Of a DNA stretch of 59,521 nt, positions 47,643-56,674 are shown piece after piece. The translations under genes were made by a program, and so were the position numbers. The stretch comes from Bifidobacterium breve (GTDB lineage Bacteria; Actinomycetota; Actinomycetes; S36-B12). Below the pieces are notes generated by a model. It did not search any database. It was not told where the DNA came from and saw nothing but the letters and a program-made list of their open reading frames with translations. Each line of letters starts with the position of its first letter. Position 1 is the first letter of the stretch. The stretch is taken from positions 1 to 59,521 of the forward strand of contig CAMDKQ010000001.1 in the NCBI GenBank assembly GCA_945901095.1, in the 5' to 3' direction.

Positions 47643-47694
47643 CGGACTAGTCGTTCATCGAGAACGTGCTGCACAACTTCTCAGGAGGTCCCCC

Positions 47695-48036
47695 ATGGCC
47701 GACGTCTCCCGCCTTCCCGGCCCTAACGCGGACTTCTGGGACTGGCAATTGCAGGGTGCCTGCCGCGGTGAGGACCCGAATGCCTTCTTCCATCCGGAGG
47801 GCGAACGTGGAACAGCACGCGAGGAGCGGGCAAAGCAGGCGAAGCGCATCTGCCACCGCTGCCCAGTTCTAGACGAGTGCGCAACCCATGCACTCGCCGC
47901 CAGAGAACCGTACGGCGTCTGGGGCGGCATGTCAGAGGAGGATCGCGAGGCGATCTACCGGCGCAAGCAAACCGCGGCGCGCGAGGCCAACGCCTTGGCA
48001 GTGGCGTCAACAACGCTCATCATCCGAGCAAGCTAA
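47695..48036 (+). CDS. whiB: WhiB-family Fe-S transcription factor (WhiB3/WhiD-type)
   Basis: LPGPNADFWDWQLQGACRG ... CHRCPVLDEC ... EPYGVWGGMSE shows four Cys ligands and the GVWGG turn. The N-terminal region closely resembles M. tuberculosis WhiB3 (recalled from memory). Confidence 0.92.
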   Translation: MADVSRLPGPNADFWDWQLQGACRGEDPNAFFHPEGERGTAREERAKQAKRICHRCPVLDECATHALAAREPYGVWGGMSEEDREAIYRRKQTAAREANALAVASTTLIIRAS

Positions 48037-48132
48037 CCCCAACAGCCCGCCCGCCCGCCATTTGATCCAGAATCCGGTTCAAATGACCGTTGAGTTGGTC
48101 ATTTGGCTACGTTATTGGTCATTTGATCCGGG
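48037..48132 (+). repeat. Intergenic repeat family, copy D cluster, abutting the whiB stop codon
   Basis: The C-tract CCCCAACAGCCCGCCCGCCCGC (48037..48058) is followed by the hairpin CATTTGATCC (48059..48068), loop AGAATCC, and GGTTCAAATG (48076..48085). Half-units GGTCATTTGG (48097..48106) and GGTCATTTGATCCGGG (48117..48132) follow. Confidence 0.8.
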
Positions 48133-48356
48133 TCTCACAGGTAAGTTCGCGCCTGAGATCAGCGCACATCGATGTAACAACTTCGAGGCATGTGCCCGCT
48201 CAAATCTTTCGGGTGTTCGCGTGCCAATGAACATGTAGACGGCACGTTCTGATGAGGGGCGGACGTCTGCGCTCGGACCTCGCGGGCATCTTCTCGGCGC
48301 ACGCCTATTCCTTCAGTCCGGTTCGAACAGCGTGCTCGCTTCCTGCCATGCGTCGT

Positions 48357-48452
48357 GGGATGACATGACCAAAAATTCGGACATTTCGCCCAAAAGTTGG
48401 TCAGTCGAGCCGGATTCTGGATGAAATGACCGGGGCGGGGTCGGGTGGGGTG
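48357..48452 (-). repeat. Intergenic repeat family, copy C cluster (inverted relative to copy D)
   Basis: GGGATGACATGACC lies at 48357..48370 and CCGGATTCTGGATGAAATGACC at 48410..48431. These are followed by GGGGCGGGGTCGGGTGGGG at 48432..48450. Confidence 0.8.
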
Positions 48453-48499
48453 CCGCGAGGTGGGAGTTGGTGTGTGGTGGGCGCTGGTGTACCAAAGGA

Positions 48500-48537
48500 A
48501 AAGACCGCGCCGGGAGCATGCTCCCGGCGCGGTCTTT
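48500..48537 (-). terminator. Intrinsic terminator of groEL (perfect 38-nt palindrome, potentially bidirectional)
   Basis: The sequence is AAAGACCGCGCCGGGAGCA/TGCTCCCGGCGCGGTCTTT. On the minus strand the GC-rich stem is followed by UCUUUUCCUUU, and it begins 9 nt after the groEL stop. Confidence 0.85.
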
Positions 48538-48545
48538 AGTTGTGG

Positions 48546-50240
<1,695 letters not shown>

Positions 50241-50253
50241 TCAGGACATGAAT

Positions 50254-50300
50254 GGCCCGTCGTGGCCGCCCACCGAGGTGTGCGGCTCTCACGACGGGCC
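50254..50300 (-). other. groES-groEL intercistronic stem-loop
   Basis: GGCCCGTCGTG (50254..50264) pairs with CACGACGGGCC (50290..50300). An inner GCCGC (50265..50269) pairs with GCGGC (50282..50286). Confidence 0.6.
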
Positions 50301-50323
50301 AGTCAACGAGTTGGAACGGTGTA

Positions 50324-50623
50324 CTACTTCTCGACGATTGCGAGAACGTCGCGAGCGGAGAGCAGAAGGTACTCCTCGCCGTCGTACTTCACCTCGGTGC
50401 CGCCGTACTTGCTGTAGATGACGATGTCACCGACCTTGATGTCGAGAGGAATGCGCTTCTCGCCGTCCTCGTCGAAGCGGCCCGGGCCAACGGCCAGAAC
50501 CTTGCCCTCCTGGGGCTTCTCCTTGGCGGTGTCCGGGATGACCAGGCCCGAAGCAGTGGTCTGCTCGGCTTCGAGGGTCTGAACCAGAATGCGGTCTTCG
50601 AGTGGCTTGATGGTGACCGACAC
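50324..50623 (-). CDS. groES: Co-chaperonin GroES
   Basis: 99-aa ORF containing [11 protein letters not shown] and [23 protein letters not shown]. It has a GTG start. Confidence 0.97.
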   Translation of the reverse strand: MSVTIKPLEDRILVQTLEAEQTTASGLVIPDTAKEKPQEGKVLAVGPGRFDEDGEKRIPLDIKVGDIVIYSKYGGTEVKYDGEEYLLLSARDVLAIVEK

Positions 50624-50685
50624 GTGTGTCGTCCTTTCGAGTGAGTCTGCGCCCCCTGCGATCGCACAGCCGAGGGCTTCGTCAG

Positions 50686-50712
50686 TTAGCAGTCCCCGGT
50701 GGGGAGTGCCAG
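50686..50712. promoter_or_regulatory. CIRCE (HrcA operator), copy 1
   Basis: TTAGCAGTC-N9-GAGTGCCAG compared with the consensus TTAGCACTC-N9-GAGTGCTAA. It lies upstream of groES. Confidence 0.75.
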
Positions 50713-50731
50713 AACAAAATGTACGCAGCGG

Positions 50732-50758
50732 TTAGCACTCCGTCAAGTTGAGTGCCAG
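50732..50758. promoter_or_regulatory. CIRCE (HrcA operator), copy 2
   Basis: TTAGCACTC-N9-GAGTGCCAG. It overlaps the GTG at 50752 that begins the longest ORF of the neighbouring methyltransferase gene. Confidence 0.8.
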
Positions 50759-50808
50759 CAGGACGTCACTGCGGACGGGCCAGCCGGCCCACGCGAGACA
50801 ATGCGAGG

Positions 50809-52047
50809 GTGACTGAACTCGGCATCCTCCGATGGCTCACCGGGCCATTGGCGGTGCCGGTGATCGAGCGAGCCCAGGACCTGAGCTCGCCCGCACTAGG
50901 CGCACCAGGCACTCTCGCCACCGCTGCCGTCCTGCGCCGCGCGTTCCCCGATCTCTCTTCCGACCAATGTGCCGCTGCCCTGACTCAGGCCAGCCTGAGG
51001 ACCCTCGCTTCAGCTAGGTACGGCATAGAAGGAGCACGGTTCCTCACTCGCGACGGCCTCGAGCAAGCCACCCGCCCGGTCATTGCACGCCGCCGCGCGC
51101 AGATCATCGCAGCCTCAGGCGCTGCCCGGCTAGTCGACCTCACTGCCGGGTTAGGCTTTGACTCGAGCGCATTCGTGTCCGCCGGGCTCGACGTGACGGT
51201 CGTCGAGCGGTCCCCCCAGACCGCCTGCCTGCTCGCCGCCAATGTTCCGACGGCCAGACTCGTCCTCGGTGATGCGACAGATGCCAGCATCCTCGCCGAA
51301 GCGACACACGGTCTCGGCCCCGGTGACGTCATCTTCATCGACCCAGCTAGGCGAGATCCCTCCGGGCGCCGAACATCCGACGGCTCGCGCGCCCAGCCCG
51401 AGCGCGATCCCGAGCGATGGTCGCCCCCGTGGTCATTCGTCGTCTCCCTCGCCCGTCACCACCAGGTCTGTGTCAAAACCACCCCGAGCTTTCCCCCCGG
51501 GAACGTCCCTCCCGGATGGCATGGTGAGTGGACGAGCATGGCCGGCAATTCGACCGAGGCGTGTTTGTGGTCCTGGCCGGTATTCGACGCTCCGAGGCGC
51601 GCCGTGCGGATCGTGAACGCTGAAAGCGACGTCGCCGAGTTCGAGTGCACCGGCACCCCGGGCGGCACGAACGTGGAAGTCGTCGGCGCGTGGCTCCACG
51701 AACCTGATCCCTCGATCGTCAAGGCCGGGCTCATTGACGACATCGCCGCGGTGTTCGGCGCCTGGCACCTCGACCGAGGATCCCCTTGGCTCAGCAGCGA
51801 TCATCCCGTGACGTCGCCATTCCTTCGCAGTTTCGCGGTCAAGGAGGCGCTGCCGAGCGACCCAAAGTCCCTTCGCCGGGCACTACGCGAACGCGGGGTA
51901 GGAACCCTCACTATCAAGGGAAGGTTGACCGGCATCGATCCTGAAGCACTGCGCAAACGCCTCGCTCTCGACGGCCCGAACACAGCGACCATCGTGATCG
52001 CCGTGAGTCAGGGGCGCCGCATCACGCTGCTCGTAACGCCTCACTGA
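50809..52047 (+). CDS. Class I SAM-dependent methyltransferase (THUMP-like C-terminal region)
   Basis: Contains SAM motif I (LVDLTAGLGFDS). I moved the start to the GTG at 50809 because the ORF-track start lies inside a CIRCE element. The start remains uncertain. Confidence 0.7.
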   Translation: MTELGILRWLTGPLAVPVIERAQDLSSPALGAPGTLATAAVLRRAFPDLSSDQCAAALTQASLRTLASARYGIEGARFLTRDGLEQATRPVIARRRAQIIAASGAARLVDLTAGLGFDSSAFVSAGLDVTVVERSPQTACLLAANVPTARLVLGDATDASILAEATHGLGPGDVIFIDPARRDPSGRRTSDGSRAQPERDPERWSPPWSFVVSLARHHQVCVKTTPSFPPGNVPPGWHGEWTSMAGNSTEACLWSWPVFDAPRRAVRIVNAESDVAEFECTGTPGGTNVEVVGAWLHEPDPSIVKAGLIDDIAAVFGAWHLDRGSPWLSSDHPVTSPFLRSFAVKEALPSDPKSLRRALRERGVGTLTIKGRLTGIDPEALRKRLALDGPNTATIVIAVSQGRRITLLVTPH

Positions 52048-52906
52048 TCGCCCGAATCCCGTCAGCCTCAGTTCCGCAGCAGCCACCAATCCAAGTGGCT
52101 CCGTGGTCGCGCCACTCACGCGCGCAGCGAACGATGTCCTCATGCGTCACGCCGAGCCAATGGCCCGACAGTGAATCCCAGGTGCCGCCCGCATTCGGGT
52201 AGACGATGACCGGCAGGCTGGTAGCGGCCGTGATGCGGTCGATGAGTCCGTTGACATGCGCAGGCGCCGTGCAGTTGATGCCCACCCGCTCAAGACCGGG
52301 GATCGCCTCGGCTGCCGCCACCGCCTCTTCAATCGTCTGGCCTGCGCACACATGTCCCTCGTCCATCGCCGCGAACGTGATCCACGCTGGGAACCCGCCG
52401 AAGTCCCCAAGGGCGACAGCGAGGGCCTCCGCCTCACGGACATCCGGAATCGTCTCGATCGCAAGCATGTCGGGCGCCGCGGCGATAAGGAACTCGATTC
52501 GCTCACGGTGGAAGTCGGCGAGCTCGCGTTCCGTCAGGCCGTAATTACCTCGGTACTCACGGCCGTCATGGCTAATCGCCCCGTACGGGCCGACACTCGC
52601 TGCAACGATCGTGTCGGTGCCCTCTGCTGCCCGCCGAGCGATTTCGACGCTGAGGCCGAGGGCTCGATCTGCTTCAGCCGCAGTATGGCCAGCCTCAATG
52701 AATCCCTGCCGTGAGACCTGGTAGCTCCCGGTGATGACGATATCCGCGCCAGCCTTGATGAAGGCGCGATGCGCATCCTCGATGGCGGCCGGGTTCTCCT
52801 GGAGCGCCCGTGCGGTCCACAGCGGGCCGTTAATGTCGCAGCCCATCGACTCCAACTGCGTTGAAAGGCCGCCGTCGACGACCACGATCGTTCGTGCTGA
52901 GTTCAT
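52022..52906 (-). CDS. mmuM: Homocysteine S-methyltransferase
   Basis: Contains N-terminal VVDGGLSTQLE and the zinc-ligand regions GINCT and GGCCGT. It overlaps the convergent methyltransferase gene by 26 nt. Confidence 0.85.
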   Translation of the reverse strand: MNSARTIVVVDGGLSTQLESMGCDINGPLWTARALQENPAAIEDAHRAFIKAGADIVITGSYQVSRQGFIEAGHTAAEADRALGLSVEIARRAAEGTDTIVAASVGPYGAISHDGREYRGNYGLTERELADFHRERIEFLIAAAPDMLAIETIPDVREAEALAVALGDFGGFPAWITFAAMDEGHVCAGQTIEEAVAAAEAIPGLERVGINCTAPAHVNGLIDRITAATSLPVIVYPNAGGTWDSLSGHWLGVTHEDIVRCAREWRDHGATWIGGCCGTEADGIRAISEALRAA

Positions 52907-52940
52907 CTCACATCACCATTCCGACTCACGTCACTGTCCC

Positions 52941-53987
52941 TCAATTGATCACGACGGTCGAGATCGGCAGGACGGATCGCGTTGCAAATCCGAGATCCGA
53001 CGGCACCGCGCCCTGACGCATAAGTTTGGCGCCGAGCGCCGCAATCATCGCACCATTGTCGGTGCACAGCCCCGGCCTCGGCACTCGCAGGGTGATGCCC
53101 GCGGCAGCGCACCGCTCCGCGGCCACCGCCCGTAGTCGACTGTTGGCGGCGACCCCGCCGCCGACGACGAGATACTCCGAACCATGCTCAAGACATGCAG
53201 CGACCGCCTTTCGCGTGAGCACGTCGACGACGGCCTCTTGGAATGATGCGGCGACGTCAGGGACGCTCAGCGGGTTACCGGCCGCCTGCTGGGCCTTGAC
53301 CCACCGGGCGACGGCTGTCTTGAGGCCGGAGAACGAGAAGTCGTAGCGGTGCTCAGCCATGTCATGGGAGGCGGTGAGGCCCCGCGGAAAGGCGATGGCC
53401 GAACTATCACCCTCTCGAGCAGCCGAATCAATCCATGGCCCGCCTGGGAACGGGAGTCCCAGCAGTCGGGCCACCTTGTCGAATGCCTCGCCCGCGGCGT
53501 CGTCGAGGGTCGCACCGAGGAGGGTGATGTCGGCCGCGTCATCGTGAACGAGGAGCAGCGAGGAGTGCCCCCCTGACACGAGGAGTCCCACGGCGACGGG
53601 GGGCAGTGGGCCGTGCTCGAGTTCATCGACCACGACATGTCCCGCGAGGTGATTGACCGCGTACACGGGCTTGCCGAGCGCGAGCGCGAGCGCCTTGGCC
53701 GACGCGGTGCCCACGAGAAGTGCGCCCACCAGACCCGGACCCGCGGTGACCGCGATGGCGTCAAGGTCAGCGAGTTCGATATGCGCCTCAGTGCAGGCGC
53801 GCTCGATGGTCGGGAGCATTGCCTCGAGGTGGGCCCGACTCGCAACCTCGGGGACGACTCCGCCGAAGCGGGCGTGCTCCTCGACACTCGATGCGACGGC
53901 ATCGGCGAGGAGGGTTGAGCCTCGGACGATGCCGACCCCGGTCTCATCGCAGGAGGTCTCGATGCCGAGGACGAGCGGCTCGTTCAC
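52941..53987 (-). CDS. tsaD: tRNA N6-adenosine threonylcarbamoyltransferase
   Basis: Contains [11 protein letters not shown] and VNHLAGHV motifs. The GTG at 53987 forms a GTGA overlap with the rimI stop. The listed 472-aa ORF is an off-frame upstream extension. Confidence 0.93.
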   Translation of the reverse strand: MNEPLVLGIETSCDETGVGIVRGSTLLADAVASSVEEHARFGGVVPEVASRAHLEAMLPTIERACTEAHIELADLDAIAVTAGPGLVGALLVGTASAKALALALGKPVYAVNHLAGHVVVDELEHGPLPPVAVGLLVSGGHSSLLLVHDDAADITLLGATLDDAAGEAFDKVARLLGLPFPGGPWIDSAAREGDSSAIAFPRGLTASHDMAEHRYDFSFSGLKTAVARWVKAQQAAGNPLSVPDVAASFQEAVVDVLTRKAVAACLEHGSEYLVVGGGVAANSRLRAVAAERCAAAGITLRVPRPGLCTDNGAMIAALGAKLMRQGAVPSDLGFATRSVLPISTVVIN

Positions 53988-54445
53988 CTCGTGCTCCCGG
54001 CGATTGGGCGCAGTCGCATGATGATGGCGTCGATCCCGCGCTCGTAGTAGTCGCGCCGCAGGCTGATGCGCTCGAACCCGAACCGCTGGTAGATCGCGAT
54101 CGCCGAGGGATTGTCGGAGCGGACCTCGAGCAGCATCTGACGGCATCCGGCCGCCGACGCTTCGTCGATGAGCGAGCGCAGCAGGGTCGCGCCGATGCCC
54201 CGACCCTGATCGAGCGGGGACACCGCGATGGTCTGGACATCGGAGTCCGGCGCGAGAAGGAAGGCTCCGGCATAGCCGATGATGCGGTCGCCATCGACGG
54301 CGACGACATAGCTTCGAGTCGGCTGGGCGAGTTCTGACCAGAACTGCTCGATGCTCCAAGGGTCCACCGCGAATAGAACGGTCTCAAGTCTGTGCACGGC
54401 ATCGATGTCAGGCCAGCGCATCGGTCGCACACTCACCGACGTCAT
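53984..54445 (-). CDS. rimI: Ribosomal-protein-alanine N-acetyltransferase
   Basis: 153-aa GNAT protein with the acetyl-CoA site [10 protein letters not shown]. It lies between tsaB and tsaD and shares an ATGA overlap with the tsaB stop. Confidence 0.88.
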   Translation of the reverse strand: MTSVSVRPMRWPDIDAVHRLETVLFAVDPWSIEQFWSELAQPTRSYVVAVDGDRIIGYAGAFLLAPDSDVQTIAVSPLDQGRGIGATLLRSLIDEASAAGCRQMLLEVRSDNPSAIAIYQRFGFERISLRRDYYERGIDAIIMRLRPIAGSTR

Positions 54446-55125
54446 GGCCCACCGACCGGCATGGCATCGGGGCGCCGCACATACAGCGGGAAGGGGGCGA
54501 GGAGTCGCTGTCCGGTGAGCTCACCAGCCATGGCGCCATCGTCAGTGCCGTGGGTTGAGAGTGTCCGGACGGGGGCGCCGGGCATCTCGCCTGACGAGAG
54601 CAACCGGTTCGCGAGTGCACCAAGCACCCCGGCGCGCACCTGCTGCTCACCAGCCCGCGCGCCGATCCAGGGTAGGGCTCGGGTTGCCTCGTCAACATCG
54701 TCCTGGCGACCGACGAATGGTCCCGATGCACGTTCGCCGGTAGCGCTGTAGACGGCCCAGTAAACCTCGCCCCGTCGCGCATCGGTCGCGACGACGAACG
54801 CCCCTGACTTCGCGGTAATTTCGTCAACCGAGGCGGCAATCGCGTCGAGCGAGCAGATACCAACGACCGGAACTCGCCACGCCAGCCCAAGCACCTGCGC
54901 GGTGGTGACCCCGATGCGCAGTCCCGTATATGGGCCCGGGCCGACGCCACAGGCGATGACATCGATCCGCGGTTGACCAGCGCGCGCCAGCACCTGCGAC
55001 ACGAGTGTCGCGAGGACCTCGGCGTGCCCACGGGGATCGTGATGCTCAGCTTCGGAAACCACGAAGTCGTCGCTTACAACCGCCACGGTCGACCAAGCCG
55101 ATGCCGTGTCGAGCGCGAGGGTCAC
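54442..55125 (-). CDS. tsaB: tRNA threonylcarbamoyladenosine biosynthesis protein TsaB
   Basis: The N-terminus is VTLALDTASAW. The GTG at 55125 forms a GTGA overlap with the tsaE stop. The ORF track uses the TTG at 55128. Confidence 0.86.
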   Translation of the reverse strand: MTLALDTASAWSTVAVVSDDFVVSEAEHHDPRGHAEVLATLVSQVLARAGQPRIDVIACGVGPGPYTGLRIGVTTAQVLGLAWRVPVVGICSLDAIAASVDEITAKSGAFVVATDARRGEVYWAVYSATGERASGPFVGRQDDVDEATRALPWIGARAGEQQVRAGVLGALANRLLSSGEMPGAPVRTLSTHGTDDGAMAGELTGQRLLAPFPLYVRRPDAMPVGGP

Positions 55126-55595
55126 CAACCTGACTCCAAATCGGCCAAGGCCTGCGCTGGCCAGCGATGGCCATGGCCGGTGAACGTGACCCGCCGGATC
55201 TCGTCGCCCTCATCATCGGACCGGTCGATGCGCACGGTGAGGCGGTCCGGGGAAAGGTGCTCGACCTTGCCCTCCCCCCATTCGACGACGGTGACACAGT
55301 CGGCGAGGGTCGCGTCGAGGTCGAGGTCATCGAGATCGACGGCGCGGCCGAGTCGGTAGGCATCGACGTGAACGAGATCGACGCCACCAGCGGCCTTATG
55401 GACCCGGGAAATGACGAAGGTCGGGCTCGTCACCGCTTCACTCACGCCGAGCCCTCGACCCAAACCCTGTACAAAAGTCGTCTTACCTGCACCTAAGTCT
55501 CCAATGAGGACGATAAGGTCCCCCGCGCGACAAGCCGAAGCCAGGCCCGCCGCAAGATCACGCATCCGGTCGGCGGTGGGCACTAGCACCGTCAC
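55122..55595 (-). CDS. tsaE: tRNA threonylcarbamoyladenosine biosynthesis ATPase TsaE
   Basis: Contains the P-loop GDLGAGKTTF. The GTG at 55595 forms a GTGA overlap with the hydrolase stop. The alternative ATG at 55628 would overlap the hydrolase gene by 37 nt. Confidence 0.85.
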   Translation of the reverse strand: MTVLVPTADRMRDLAAGLASACRAGDLIVLIGDLGAGKTTFVQGLGRGLGVSEAVTSPTFVISRVHKAAGGVDLVHVDAYRLGRAVDLDDLDLDATLADCVTVVEWGEGKVEHLSPDRLTVRIDRSDDEGDEIRRVTFTGHGHRWPAQALADLESGW

Positions 55596-56674
55596 TGAGC
55601 AGCCCGCAGGCTCCGCACATTGCGCCACACCCGGTCAAGGAGTCCGCTGATGAGCGCATCAACCTCCTCGTGGAACTCGATGTTCACCATGTGGCCGCCA
55701 TTGGGGATAACGACGAACTCAGCTCCGGGAATCGCGCAGACGATCTCCTCGCTGTACTTCTGGGGCGTGAGGCGATCGGAGCTCCCGACGATGACGAGGA
55801 CCTCGGTCTGCTGAAGGATGGACAGGGCGCCGCGCTTGTCGTGCTCCTGCAGCGCCGGCAGGAACTCAGCGAGCACATCGATCGGTGTTGCATCGATCAT
55901 GCGCGCCACGAAACGTCCGGCCTGCTCTGAAGCGAGCGACCCGAACGAATAGGCCCGGGTGAGGATGAGTGCGAGGTCGCTACTCGAGCGGCGCCCAAGC
56001 TCGACGACCTCCTTACGCTTGGCGAGCGCGGCAGCAGCGATGGGGGCGACCCGGTTCACCACTCCCCCGAGCGCGGCGGGGAGGCCGAGTGACCCCTGTT
56101 TGAGGCCGCCCGCCGTCGTCGCGACGAGCACGACTCCGTACACCCGATCCGCGAAGAGCTCAGGGTGCTGCTCCGCGAGAGCCATGACCGTCATGCCGCC
56201 CATCGAGTGCCCGATGAGGACGAGAGGGCCGGTTGGCGCCACGGCTTCGATGATGTGCCAGAGGTCTCGTCCGAGCTGATCGACATGGTGCGTGTCGAAC
56301 TCCGCGCGACCCGAGCGGCCGTGACTTCGCTGGTCATAGGTGACGAGACGGGCGCGACCGTGGAGCTCCTTGCGCTGGAAGTACCAGGAGTCCAAGCTCA
56401 GGGCGTAGCCGTGCGCGAAGATGACCGTGACCCCCGCAGCCCCTGGATCGTGAGGCTCATCGATCTCGACGTGCAGCAATGTGCCGTCCTCGGCTGGCAG
56501 TTCGAGGATCTGGGCATCGAAGCCTTCGAGTTCCCACTCGTCATCGCGCCGCGCCGTGCGCGCCATGAACGCCCGCTCCGCAGCCGCTCCCAGCGCCGCG
56601 CCTGCGGCGAGGGTGCCAGCTGCCAGCAGCCCGGCTCCCGCAACCTTCAGTGCGCTCGCGAAGTCATTGCTCAT
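55592..56674 (-). CDS. Alpha/beta-fold hydrolase
   Basis: 360-aa ORF with the nucleophile elbow GHSMGG. It shares an ATGA overlap with the alr stop. Confidence 0.85.
   Translation of the reverse strand: MSNDFASALKVAGAGLLAAGTLAAGAALGAAAERAFMARTARRDDEWELEGFDAQILELPAEDGTLLHVEIDEPHDPGAAGVTVIFAHGYALSLDSWYFQRKELHGRARLVTYDQRSHGRSGRAEFDTHHVDQLGRDLWHIIEAVAPTGPLVLIGHSMGGMTVMALAEQHPELFADRVYGVVLVATTAGGLKQGSLGLPAALGGVVNRVAPIAAAALAKRKEVVELGRRSSSDLALILTRAYSFGSLASEQAGRFVARMIDATPIDVLAEFLPALQEHDKRGALSILQQTEVLVIVGSSDRLTPQKYSEEIVCAIPGAEFVVIPNGGHMVNIEFHEEVDALISGLLDRVWRNVRSLRAAQ

Noticed and set aside
48320-48327. tRNA-like T-loop strings: GGTTCGAA here, GGTTCAAAT at 48076..48084, and GGTTCGAAT near 26294
   Set aside because: The flanking bases do not form a T-stem, and no acceptor, D or anticodon arms can be drawn. 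The 26294 instance lies inside a coding region.
48313-48519. A 68-aa minus-strand ORF in the whiB-groEL gap
   Set aside because: It runs through the groEL terminator palindrome and repeat copy C. Its Pro/His/Ser-rich sequence is implausible, and no Shine-Dalgarno is present.
53988-54359. Upstream extension of the tsaD ORF (the listed 472-aa version)
   Set aside because: The extension overlaps rimI in another frame and is Arg/His-rich. The conserved TsaD N-terminus [11 protein letters not shown] follows the GTG at 53987.
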